A stretch of DNA of 64,000 bases, taken from contig RHKY01000034.1 of the NCBI GenBank assembly GCA_008363385.1, positions 14,903 through 78,902 of the forward strand, in the 5' to 3' direction. Both the position numbers and the translations under genes were made by a program. Source of the DNA: Acidobacteriota bacterium (GTDB taxonomy: Bacteria > Acidobacteriota > Thermoanaerobaculia > UBA5066). The notes under the pieces were generated by a model. The model was not told the origin of the DNA and searched no databases. It saw only the letters and a list, made by a program, of their open reading frames with translations. Below, one piece after another: positions 37,101 through 47,300 of this stretch (positions within the stretch are counted from its first letter, which is position 1; each line of letters opens with the position of its first letter).

Positions 37101-38722
37101 TGAACGCCTTCGGGTCGCAGCAGAGGACGACGTCGACGTGCCTCAGGTCGCAGTTGACCCGGATCCGCTCGGGCGCCACGACGAGGAAGTACTCGGTCGG
37201 CGCCCCCTTCTTCTCCGAGCCGTACTTCGGGTTGGCGCTGACGTGGATCACCTCGCGCGGACGGCCCCAGGCGTCCCGGGCGCCGTCGCGCTCGGCGACG
37301 AACTCGCCCAGCTCGCCGATGACCTCGCCGAGGTTCTTGCCCGTCGTGATCATCCCCCAGCCGCCGATCGAGTGGAGCCTCACCGCGATGGCCCCGTGCG
37401 GCAGGAGCGACGGGCGCTCGGCCGCCTTCACCTCGTACGGGTGGTCGACGCCGACGACGAAGAGCGTCGTCCCGTCGGCGGCGGTCCTCCCGTCCTTGCG
37501 CGCGAGGGAGCCCGTCGCGAACCCGTAGGCGCCCAGGATCCCCTCCGGCCGGAAGTCCCGCGAGCCGAGGCCGTAGATCCCCGAGAAGAAGCGCGGGACG
37601 TCCGCGGGGGCGATCGTGCCGTCCTGCGCCGCCTTCGTGAAGGCGGTCCTCAGGTCGCGCGCGAGCGGGTTGTCGCCCGCGAGAGGCTGGTCGGTCCGCT
37701 CCAGGACGACGACGTTCCGCTTCCCGCGCGGGGCGGAGGACGTTGACGTGGACCGAGCCCACCTTCTCGCCCCGCTCGCGCAGGTGGTCGACGGCGGCCT
37801 CGACGTTCTCCGCGGCCGAGCCCATCGAGACGAAGACCGTCTCGGCGTCCTCCGTCCGGTAGCGGGAGAGGAGGCCGTAGTGACGCCCCGTCAGCGCTCC
37901 GAACTCCGCGTACGCCGCCTCCAGCATCGGGAGGATGGCCTCGGAGAACCCGGAGCGGTGGGCGACCACCCCGTTCATGTAGTGCTCCTGGTTCTGGACC
38001 GGGCCGAGGAGGATCGGGTTCGCGAGGTCGATCATCCGCGGCACGCGGCGGCGCCGCGGGCCGAAGAGGGCGCTCTGGGCCGGCGTCGGGCAGTCGATCA
38101 CGTCGTCCGGCGCGCCGAGGAACTCGCGCATCAGCCCCGCCTCGTGGCGGTAGAAGGTCCGCTCCAGGTGCGAGGTGAGGAAGCCGTCCTGGGCGTTGAT
38201 GCCGGGGGTCAGCGACAGCTCGGCGACCTTGCGGAGGATCAGCGCCTGGTCCGCGGCCTGCTGAGAGTCCTTGCCGAAGAGGACGATCCAGCCCGTGTCC
38301 ATCACCGCGTAGACGTCGTCGTGGCCGCAGTGGACGTTCAGGGCGTGCTTGGTCAGCGCTCGCGCCGAGACCTCGAGGACCATCGTCGAGAACTTCCCGG
38401 GCGCGTGGTAGTACTGCTCGGACCCGTAGACGATCCCCTGCCCCGAGGTGAAGTTGACCGTCCGCTTCCCGCAGACGGAGAAGGCGATCGCCCCGCCCTG
38501 CGCCGAGTGCTCCCCCTCCGTCTCGCAGGCGAGCTTGCTCCCGCCGAAGACGTTCAGCTTCCCCTCGGCGAAGGCGAGCTGGTAGGCCTCGCCCATCTCC
38601 GTCGACGGCGTGATCGGGTAGAAGACGCCCCCGTCCGTGATGCGCGCCTCCGTGTGGTACGAGACGAGCTGGTTGCCGTTCGTCGTGATCCGGATGCCGG
38701 GGTAGCGGGGCGCAGCGTCCAT
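34111..38722 (-). pseudogene. nifJ: pyruvate:ferredoxin (flavodoxin) oxidoreductase (NifJ/PorA-type), apparently disrupted by a frameshift or small deletion near 37720-37740
   Basis: Domain I (38722 to about 37730: MDAAPRYPGIRITTNGNQLVSYHTEARI...GEKVGSVHVNVLRP) lies in one frame. Domains II-VI (RNVVVLERTDQPLAGDNPL...KAAERPSLLPHGAIAV... to the stop at 34111) lie in another. The later part includes the ferredoxin cysteine motifs ENCTQCMECISSCP and CKGCGECVTEC and the TPP region GGDGGMGDIGFQN. The junction is short by about 11 codons relative to canonical PFORs. Confidence 0.7.
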
Positions 38723-38904
38723 GTCGGCCCTCCGTGCTTCGATTCCGCGGTGCGTAACAGCATAGGCCGCGGGCGTCGCGGGGGCGAGGCCGGACCTCCC
38801 GGCAGGCCCGGTCCCGTTCCTGGCCTCGGGGGCGATTCGTCCGATCCGGCGGGATTGGCGAGCGGGCCGGGGGCCCCCGAGGAACCGTCAGCCGGCCGCG
38901 AGGC

Positions 38905-41538
38905 TCACCGCACCCCCTTGGCGACCGCCAGCGAGCTCGACCCGCCTCGGAACCGCATCAGGAAGTAGCGCGCGTCGGTCGTGACGGTCAGGAACCCGTA
39001 GAGGCCGTGCGCCGACCCGCTCGGGCGCCACTCGAAGGCGGGCTCCCGGCGCCCGGTCGAGAGGTCCAGCCGCTCGACGCGGGCGGGGATCCTCCGGTCC
39101 CAGACGTAGACCGCGTCGCTCGCGGAGGACCAGGCGACGACGACCTCGCCCGCGACCGCGCCGGGGACCGCGCGGCTCGCGCCGTCGGCCGTCGCGAAGA
39201 GGGTCGGCGCCGCGCCGCCGGTCGCGCCGACCACCAGCCGGCCGTGCGGGGAGATCAGGAGCCAGCTCATCCCGGCCGGCGTCACCGGGCGCGGGGGCGC
39301 CCCCGCCTCGAGGTCGAAGACGTACCCGCGCGCCTCCTCGCCCTCGCGGCGGCCGAGGAAGGCGACGTGCCGCCCGTCGGCGGCGCACGTCACCCGGTGC
39401 GTGGTCGAGGCCTCGAGGACGACTCCCGAGAGGTCGAACGTCCGCGCCTCGCCCGGCCCGGTCGGGACGGCGCGCAGCTTCGTCCGGTCCCGCGTGTGGG
39501 TCGCCAGGAAGGCCCAGCGGCCGTCCGGCGTGATCCCCACCGCCGTCCCCGACCCGAGGCCGATCTGCGGGCCGGAGGCGCCCCGCCGGTAGTGCGCCCG
39601 GTACTCGCCCTGCTCCAGCAGGCCCCCGTCGGTCCCGACCACCACCGTGCCGTCCTCGGAGAGGCCGTCGACGGTGGCGCCGGTCAGGGCGCCCACGCCG
39701 AGCCTTGCCGGTCCCTCCGCGAGGCGTCCCTCGACGACGATCGGCAGCGAGTCGGCGGTCAGCAGGATCGTGCCGCTCTCGGCGACGTCGTGGAGGCGCG
39801 CGTTCGCCATCGTCCGCAGGACGGTGCGCGGCGGGCGGGACGGCGAGATGGCGGAGACGTAGCTCCCCTCGTCGGTCGACCCGTACGTGGTGAGGACCTC
39901 GGTCCCGTCCGCCGACCAGGCGACGCTGTGCATGAAGTTCAGCGTCTCGGAGAGCCTCGCGGGCTCGCCCGTCCCGTCGAGGACGGTGACGTGCCCCATG
40001 TCGTCGCCCGGGATCGGGTGCTCGACGAAGGCCACGCGGCGGCCGTCGCGAGAGATGCGGGGGGACGAGATCCAGCCGCGGGTGCGGAAGCGGACCGTTC
40101 CGATCGGGTACTCCAGACGCTGGCCGCCCTTGTCCGCGCGCACGACGGCGAAGCTCTGCCCGTCGGGCGCGATGTCGGCCTCGAAGATCCCCTCGAGGAG
40201 GGCGCGGGGGGCGCCGCCCGCGAGCGAGGCCTGCGCCAGGGTCCCGGTCCTCAGCCAGCTCCCCTCGTGGCGGCGGTCGAGGATCAGGGCCATCTCGCCG
40301 TTCTTCGCGATGCCGACGACGTCGGCGCTCGGCAGGTCGAGCCGGCGCGACGCGATGGCGTCGTCCCGCGTCGTCGACAGGAAGACCGGCTCTCCGGCGC
40401 GGGCCTCGCCGTAGACGATCGTCACGCCGTCGGGGGCGAAGCGCGCGGAGTGGACGAAGCCCTCCTCGGACGTGAGGAGGTGGTAGCTGGGCTCCGCGGC
40501 GGCGGCGGGACCCCGGAGGCGCGCGATCGCGAGCCCGGCCGCGAGGCCGAGCAGGAGGAACGCGGCGGCCCCCGCCGCCAGGAGGAGCCGTCGCCGGCGC
40601 GGCGCGGCGACCGTCCCGCCCGGCGCGGGCGCGGAGGCCTCGGCGGCGCCGCCCGAGGCGGCCTCGTCGAGGACGATCCGCGCGTCGGCGACGTCGTGCA
40701 GCCGGTTCCTCGGGTTCCGCTCCAGGCAGCGGCGCAGGAGCGAGAGGACGGCCGGGGGCGTGGCGGAAGGCAGCGCCGCCCAGTCGACCTCGGCGCGCAG
40801 GACCGCGGCGATCGTGTCGGAGACCGTCTCCCCCTCGAAGGGGCGCCTGCCGGCCAGCATCTCGTAGAGCAGGGCGCCGAAGGCCCAGACGTCTGCCCGC
40901 TTGTCGACCGCCCCGCCGCGCGCCTGCTCGGGCGACATGTAGGCGGCGGTGCCGAGGATGACGCCCATCGCGGTCCCGGGCGCGGTCAGCGTCGGCGAGT
41001 TCATCAGGGCCGGCGAGCGGAGGAGGTCGGCGGCGCCCGAGGACGACGGCGCCGCCGGGTCCATCGCCTTCGCCAGTCCGAAGTCGAGGACCTTCACCTT
41101 CCCGTCCGGCGTGACCTTGACGTTCGCGGGCTTCAGGTCCCGGTGGACGATCCCCTTCTCGTGCGCCTCCTCCAGCGCCTCGGCCACCTGCCGGGCGATC
41201 GAGAGGCACTCCGGGACGGGGAGGGCGCCCCGGGCGAGGCGGTCGGCGAGGGTGGGGCCCTCGACCAGCTCCATGACGAGCGCGTGCGCGTCGCCGCTCG
41301 TCTCCAGCCCGTAGACCTGGGCGACGTTCGGGTGGTTGAGCCGGGCCAGGAGCTGCGCCTCGCGCTGGAACCGGGCGAGGCGCTCGGCGTCCTGCGTGAA
41401 CGTCGCCGGCAGGACCTTGATCGCCACCTCGCGCCGGAGGCCGGTGTCCGTCGCCCGCCAGACCTCCCCCATCCCGCCGGCGCCGAGCTTCGCGGTGACC
41501 TCGTACGGCCCCAGCCGGGCGCCGGGGGCCAGGCTCAC
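38905..41538 (-). CDS. Ser/Thr protein kinase with C-terminal TolB-like (PD40/WD40-like) beta-propeller
   Basis: About 877 aa from a GTG (VSLAPGARLGPYEVTAKLGAGGMGEVWRA). Kinase motifs: AIKVL, HRDLKPANVKV, DFGLAK, GTAAYMSPEQ. A TM helix (LLLAAGAAAFLLLGLAAGLAI) is followed by propeller-like repeats (SRDGRRVAF, SADGTEV, TPDGRW). The start overlaps the upstream paralog's stop (GTGA). Confidence 0.8.
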   Translation of the reverse strand: MSLAPGARLGPYEVTAKLGAGGMGEVWRATDTGLRREVAIKVLPATFTQDAERLARFQREAQLLARLNHPNVAQVYGLETSGDAHALVMELVEGPTLADRLARGALPVPECLSIARQVAEALEEAHEKGIVHRDLKPANVKVTPDGKVKVLDFGLAKAMDPAAPSSSGAADLLRSPALMNSPTLTAPGTAMGVILGTAAYMSPEQARGGAVDKRADVWAFGALLYEMLAGRRPFEGETVSDTIAAVLRAEVDWAALPSATPPAVLSLLRRCLERNPRNRLHDVADARIVLDEAASGGAAEASAPAPGGTVAAPRRRRLLLAAGAAAFLLLGLAAGLAIARLRGPAAAAEPSYHLLTSEEGFVHSARFAPDGVTIVYGEARAGEPVFLSTTRDDAIASRRLDLPSADVVGIAKNGEMALILDRRHEGSWLRTGTLAQASLAGGAPRALLEGIFEADIAPDGQSFAVVRADKGGQRLEYPIGTVRFRTRGWISSPRISRDGRRVAFVEHPIPGDDMGHVTVLDGTGEPARLSETLNFMHSVAWSADGTEVLTTYGSTDEGSYVSAISPSRPPRTVLRTMANARLHDVAESGTILLTADSLPIVVEGRLAEGPARLGVGALTGATVDGLSEDGTVVVGTDGGLLEQGEYRAHYRRGASGPQIGLGSGTAVGITPDGRWAFLATHTRDRTKLRAVPTGPGEARTFDLSGVVLEASTTHRVTCAADGRHVAFLGRREGEEARGYVFDLEAGAPPRPVTPAGMSWLLISPHGRLVVGATGGAAPTLFATADGASRAVPGAVAGEVVVAWSSASDAVYVWDRRIPARVERLDLSTGRREPAFEWRPSGSAHGLYGFLTVTTDARYFLMRFRGGSSSLAVAKGVR

Positions 41539-44219
41539 GGCCTCACCTCGAGCTCGGCGAGCCAGACGTCCGACTCGTCGGCGCGCTCGTGCCAGGCGAG
41601 GTGGCGGCCGTCGCCCGCGAGCGCGGCCCGCACCATCCTCCAACCTTCCGAGGCGGTGACCAGGGTCCGGGCGCCGCCGCCCTCGACGTCGAGGATCGTC
41701 AGGGCTCGCGGCGTCACCGCGACGACTCGTCGACCGTCCGGCAGGAAGAGGAGCTGCGTCACCCCGTCCGCGCGGACCCGCCGGTACGACCGGTCCGCCA
41801 GGCCGTAGATCGCCGCACCGACGGGCGTGTTCGCCGGCGACTGGAGGATTCCGGCGAGCCGGCGCCCGTCGGGCGAGAACGAGAAGGGCCAGAACGCGAG
41901 CCCGCCCTCCCCGACCGGGGCCAGGGGCTCGGCGGGTCCCACCGCCCGCCCGTCCGCGATCTGGAGGCGGAACGGACCGTCCGTCCCGCTGGCCGCGAGC
42001 CATTGGCCGTCCGGCGACCAGACCGGGTTCCAGGCGCCCAGCTTCCGGCCGGTCGGGAGCCCGTGGAGGCCGCTTCCGTCGGGGCGGATCAGCGCGAGCT
42101 TGCTCGGCCAGCGGCTGGTCTGGAAGGCGATCCACGCCCCGTCGGGCGAGAAGGCGCCCTGGCGGTCGCGGTGCAGCCCCTCGGTCAGCTGCCGCAGGCC
42201 GCCCCCGGAGTCGGCGAGGAAGAGGTGCTGCGGCAGGCCGGCGTCGTCGAAGAGGAGCGTGCCGCCGTCGGGCGAGAGCGCGACCGATTCGTGGACCTCG
42301 AGGGTCCCGAGCGGTACCGCACGGGGCGTCCCGGTGATCGCGCCGGCGGACGGGTCGAACGACGCCACGCGGACCGCGGTGCGGGCGTTCCGGTCGAGGA
42401 AGGCGAGCCGCCGCCCGTCGGAGGAGGCCGAGAGGAAACCCGCCCAGCTCGAGGGCACGGTGACGGGCTGCGGCGCGCCGAGCGGACGGCCCGTCGCGCC
42501 GTCGACCGCGATCCGCCAGACGTTCATCGTCCCGCCACGGGTGCTCGAGAACAGGAGCGATCGGCCGTCCGGGGACCAGACCGGGCTCCAGTCGACCGGC
42601 GGGTCGTCGACCAGTCGCACCGCCGCGCCCTGAGCCGACTGGGAGCCGTCGGCGGCAACGGTGAAGAGGTCGCGGGCCGAGCTCGCCTCCTCGAGCCCCC
42701 AGAAGGCCACCCGCCGTCCGTCCGGCGACCAGCTCGGCTGCATGGCGTCGCGCCCCGAGAGGAGACGCCGCTCGCCGGTCTCGATCCGGACGGCCCAGAG
42801 GCGGCTCGTCGTCCCCCGGCCGAACGGGCTGTGCAGCTGCTCGTCGGCGACCGCGAGCTCGAGCCCGTCCGGCGACCAGGCCGGGTTGTAGCCGCGGTCG
42901 GTGATCTTCCGCGCGGACTCCCCGGTGGCGCCCATCACGAAGATCCCGCCGCCGGAGCACTCCGAGCGATAGGCGATCCTCTTCCCGTCGGGCGAGAAGG
43001 CGGGCTCGTCGTCGTCCTCGGCGCAGCCCGCGGTCAGGTTCACCGCGTTGCTGCCGCCGACGCGCTGCAGGAAGACGTCGCTCTGCCCGCCGACCTCCTT
43101 GACGTAGGCAAAGCTCTCGCCGTCCCGCGAGAGCGCCGGGGCCGACTCGCCTCCGGCGAGGAACGTCAGCTGGCGGAAGGCGGTCGGCTGGAGCGCCGTC
43201 GCCTCGGGAGCCGGGGCCCGCCGCGCGGGCCGGAGGACGGCCAGCGTCGCGAGAGCGCCGAGGAGGAAGACGGCCGCCCGGCCGGCCCACCGTCGCGCGG
43301 GGGCGGGAGCCGGGGCGCTCGGCGGCGCGACCGCCCGCGGAGAGGCCCCGCGTCCCGACAGGAGGTCCTCGAGGACGATGCGGGCGTCGGCGACGTCGTG
43401 GAGCCTCCGCCGCGGATCGCGCTCCAGGCAGCGGCGCAGGACGTCGGCGACCGGCGCCGGCAGGCCTGCCGGGAGGAGCGTCCAGTCCGGGTCGGCGCGC
43501 AGGACCGCGGCGAGCGTCTCGGCGACCGTCTCGCCCTCGAAGAGCTTCCTCCCGGTCAGCATCTCCCAGAGGACGACCCCGAAGGCCCAGACGTCGGCTC
43601 GCCGGTCCACCGGCTTCCCCTTCGCCTGCTCCGGGCTCATGTAGCCGGCCGTGCCGAGGATCACGCCGAGCCCGGTCGCGCCCTCGGTCAGGGTCGGCGA
43701 CTGCGCCAGCTGCGAGGCCGAGCCCGGCCCCGCGTCCACCGAGAGCGCCTTGGCCAGTCCGAAGTCGAGGACCTTGACCCTCCCGTCCGCGGTCACCTTC
43801 ACGTTCGCCGGCTTCAGGTCGCGGTGGACGATCCCCTTCTCGTGGGCCTCCTCGAGCGCCTCGGCGATCTGGAGCGCGGCGGACAGGGCCTCCTCGACGG
43901 GCAGCGGCCCCGCCTGGAGCCGCTCCTCGAGCGTCGGCCCCTCGACGAGCTCCATCACGAGGGCGCGGACGCCGTCCGACTCCTCGAGGCCGAAGACCGA
44001 GGCGACGTTGGAGTGGTGCAGCTGCGCCAGGAGCTGCGCCTCGCGCTCGAACCGGCGCAGCCGCTCGGGGTCGTTCGAGAGCGCGGCGGGGAGGACCTTG
44101 ATCGCCACCTCGCGCGAGAGGCGCGGGTCCCTCGCGCGGAAGACCTCCCCCATCCCGCCGGCGCCGAGCGGCGAGACGACCTCGTATGGCCCCAGCCGGA
44201 CGCCCGGGGCGATGTTCAC
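41535..44219 (-). CDS. Ser/Thr protein kinase with C-terminal TolB-like beta-propeller (paralog of 38905..41538)
   Basis: 894 aa starting MNIAPGVRLGPYEVVSPLGAGGMGEVFRA. The kinase motifs are the same, followed by a TM helix and PD40-like repeats (SPDGKRIAY, SPDGLELAV, SPDGRRVAF, SPDGRSLLF). Confidence 0.85.
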   Translation of the reverse strand: MNIAPGVRLGPYEVVSPLGAGGMGEVFRARDPRLSREVAIKVLPAALSNDPERLRRFEREAQLLAQLHHSNVASVFGLEESDGVRALVMELVEGPTLEERLQAGPLPVEEALSAALQIAEALEEAHEKGIVHRDLKPANVKVTADGRVKVLDFGLAKALSVDAGPGSASQLAQSPTLTEGATGLGVILGTAGYMSPEQAKGKPVDRRADVWAFGVVLWEMLTGRKLFEGETVAETLAAVLRADPDWTLLPAGLPAPVADVLRRCLERDPRRRLHDVADARIVLEDLLSGRGASPRAVAPPSAPAPAPARRWAGRAAVFLLGALATLAVLRPARRAPAPEATALQPTAFRQLTFLAGGESAPALSRDGESFAYVKEVGGQSDVFLQRVGGSNAVNLTAGCAEDDDEPAFSPDGKRIAYRSECSGGGIFVMGATGESARKITDRGYNPAWSPDGLELAVADEQLHSPFGRGTTSRLWAVRIETGERRLLSGRDAMQPSWSPDGRRVAFWGLEEASSARDLFTVAADGSQSAQGAAVRLVDDPPVDWSPVWSPDGRSLLFSSTRGGTMNVWRIAVDGATGRPLGAPQPVTVPSSWAGFLSASSDGRRLAFLDRNARTAVRVASFDPSAGAITGTPRAVPLGTLEVHESVALSPDGGTLLFDDAGLPQHLFLADSGGGLRQLTEGLHRDRQGAFSPDGAWIAFQTSRWPSKLALIRPDGSGLHGLPTGRKLGAWNPVWSPDGQWLAASGTDGPFRLQIADGRAVGPAEPLAPVGEGGLAFWPFSFSPDGRRLAGILQSPANTPVGAAIYGLADRSYRRVRADGVTQLLFLPDGRRVVAVTPRALTILDVEGGGARTLVTASEGWRMVRAALAGDGRHLAWHERADESDVWLAELEVRP

Positions 44220-44330
44220 GGGGCGGGTACCTCCTTGAGACGGAGTCTAACCTAGCGGTCGAGGCGCACCGTCGGTCTTCGCGCGGCTAACTCGCCGCGA
44301 GTCAGGGCGTACGCGTTGTCCGATCCGTGC

Positions 44331-47300
44331 TCAGCCCACTGTCGCCACGATCCGGAGGAGGGCGGGGCCGTAGCGGGCGGCGCGGGCGGGGCCGATGCCG
44401 GGGATCGCGAGGAGGTCGTCCTCGGTCCGGGGGCGGCTCGTCGCGATGGCGAGGAGCGTCTCGTCGGTGAAGACGCGGAAGGCGGGGACGCGCTGGCGCT
44501 TCGCCTCGGCGAGGCGGAAGAGGCGCAGCTCCTCGACGAGGGGCGGGGGGTCCGGCCTCACAGCCCTCCTCGCGGCCCTCGTGGCGCCGCCGGCCGGCTC
44601 GGCGCGCCTGCGGCCCGTCCGCTCCGGCTTCGGCAGCGCGGCCCTCGGCGCGCGGGCCTTGGCGCGCTTCTTCCCCGCGGCCGACGGGGGCGGGACGGCG
44701 ACGCGGGCCTCGACCTCGGCGTCCGGGTCGCGCCCGGCGCGGGTCAGGAAGGCCCTGCGGAACCGGATCGTCTTCCCGTCCTTCTCGAACTCGTCGTCCT
44801 CGATGGTGACGTGGCCGGCGCGCGCGAGGCCCCCGAGGAGGTCCTCGAAGGAGCGGCGGTCGACGGCGGGAAACTGCTTCTCGACCTCGCGGTGGAGCTG
44901 CCCGGTCCCCTGCCCGTCCTTCCACCGGAGGAGCTCGAGCGCGCGCCGGAGCGCCGCCTCCTCCATCGGGCTCGCCCGCCGGGTGCGCGTCGAGAGGCCC
45001 TCGCCCGGCGCGCAGACGTCGCAGACGCCGCACGCCGTCCCCGGGTCGGCCGTGTCGCCGAAATGCCGGACGAGCTGGAGCATCCGGCAGCTCGCCCCCT
45101 CGGCGAACCGCCGGACGAGAACGAGCTGCGTCTTCCGGAACTCCCGCTGCTCCTCGTACGGGCGCTTCCAGTCGGGCTTCCCGCGCGAGGCGAGCCCCTC
45201 GGGAGTGACGACGGCTCCCCCGAAGATCCAGAGCTTCTCGAGCGCCTTCTCGAACGTCTCCGGGTCGAGGCGCGAGCGGGAGGCGAGGTCCTCGCTCGGG
45301 AGCGAGTCCTCCCCGAGACGGGCGAAGACCCTCTCCAGGTCCGACGTCTCGGGGTAGTCCCGCGCGAGGAAGTGCTCGTGCATCCGCGTGTCGCCGTACG
45401 ACTGGAGGAGGATCGCGCGCGAGGGGAGGCCGTCCCGCCCGGCGCGTCCGATCTCCTGGTAGTAGCCCTCGACGCTCCCGGGGAGACCGGTGTGGACGAC
45501 GGTCCTCACGTCCGGCTTGTCGACCCCCATCCCGAAGGCGATCGTCGCCACGATCGCGTCGAGGCGCCCCTCCAGGAACGCCCGCTGCACCTCGTCGCGC
45601 TCCTTCGTCCCCATCCCGGCGTGGTAGGCCGCGGCGCGCGGGCGCGGCCGCAGGTGCTTCGCGAGCTCGGTCGCCTCGCGGCGCGTCGGCGTGTAGACGA
45701 TCGCCGGGAGGCGCGCGGGGTCCGCGAGGACCTCCCTCACCAGGTCCGCGCGCCGGCTGGGCGGGGCCTCCGTCACCTCGACCGCCAGGTTCGTCCGGCG
45801 GAAGCCGTGGATGAACCGGCCCGGCGCGATCAGCCCCAGCTGCGCGGCGATGTCCTCCTGGACGCGCGGCGTGGCCGTGGCGGTCAGCGCGATGACGGGC
45901 GCGGGGCGGAGCGCGGGGAGGCGCGCCCCGAGGAGCCGGTAGTCGGGTCTGAAGTCGTGCCCCCAGTGCGAGATGCAGTGCGCCTCGTCGACGGCGACGA
46001 GAGCGGGGGTCCGCTTCGCGAGCATCTCCGGGAACCCGGGGACCGAGAGCCGCTCGGGCGCGATGAAGAGGAGGTCGAGCTTCCCGTCGAGGTAGTCGCG
46101 GCAGACCTGCCTCGACTCGGCCCGGTCGCGCCCGGAGTGGATCCGCTCGGCGGCGAGGCCGAGGGCGCGGAGCTTGCCGACCTGGTCCTCCATCAGCGCG
46201 ATGAGCGGCGAGACGACGAGCGTCGTCCCCGCGCGGGCGAGGCCCGGCAGCTGGTAGCAGAGCGACTTTCCGGCCCCGGTCGGCATGACGAGGAGGGCGT
46301 CCTTCCCGGCGGTGACCGCGCGGCAGACGGCCTCCTGGTACGGCCGGAACGCGTCGTGGCCGAAGACGTCCTTCAGCAGCTCGCCGAGGCGCTCGGGCGA
46401 GACGGGCTTCCGCGCCGGCCGCTCGACGGCGAAGAGGTCGCCGGAGGAAGCCGGTCCCGCCGCCGCGGGCGCCGGCCTCGCGCGGGTCGATGCCGCGGCC
46501 GCGAGTGCCTGCGGGGCGCCCTCCGGGACGGGGCGCGGCGAAGCGCCCGGCGATCCCGCCGGCGGCTTCCCCGCCTCCCCGACCACCTCGCGGACGTACT
46601 CCTCGATCGAGGCCATGAAGGCCGGGAGCCTCGCCTCGCCCCGCTGGATCCGGGCCAGCTCCGCCTCCCAGCGGCCGGTCAGCGCCGGGCTCTTCACCGA
46701 CTCCGGGACGAGGCCGATCAGCCGGATCCCCTTGTCGGTGGCGACGAGGACCTTCCCGTCGCGCTGGAGGTACCCGCGCGCGATCAGCCCCTCCAGGATC
46801 TCGGCCCGCGTGGCCGGGGTGCCGAGGCCGTTCTCCTTCATCGCCTCGGCCAGCTCCTTCTCGTCGAGCGTCCTCCCGGCCGTCTCCATCGCGGTCAGGA
46901 GCGTGGCGTCGGTGAAGCGCTTCGGCGGCCGCGTCCTCCGCTCGACGGCCGAGGCCTCGACGACGCGCGGTCTCGTCCCGCGCGCGAGGCCCGGCGGGAG
47001 GGACGCGTCGTCGTCCGGCTCGCCGTCCTTCGTCCCCTCCCCGGCCTCCCCCTTCCCCTTCCGCCGAGAGGCCGGCTCGGGCTCGACGGCCCTCCAGCCG
47101 GCCTGCTCGGTCACCGTCCCGGTCGAGCGGAACCGGTCGACGAGGGCGCCCGCGCCCGCCCCGCTCGTGACCGCCGTGACGACCGTCGTCGTCGCGGCGA
47201 CGTGCTCGTCGTGCCAGGCCGCGACGAGCCGGCGGGCGACGAGGTCGTAGAGCGCCTGCTCCTCGGCGTCGAGGCCCCGCGGCGAGACCGGCGTCGGGAG

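Noticed and set aside
34117-37746. 1209-aa plus-strand ORF antisense to the PFOR gene
   Set aside because: Composition is R/G/D/E/L/P-biased without motifs, while the minus strand encodes an unmistakable PFOR.
38888-44255. ORFs 38888..41209 (-), 39007..41808 (+), 41589..44255 (+), and the N-terminal 580 aa of 38905..43290
   Set aside because: Alternative frames of the two kinase-propeller genes. Kinase 1 starts at the GTG at 41538, not at 43290.
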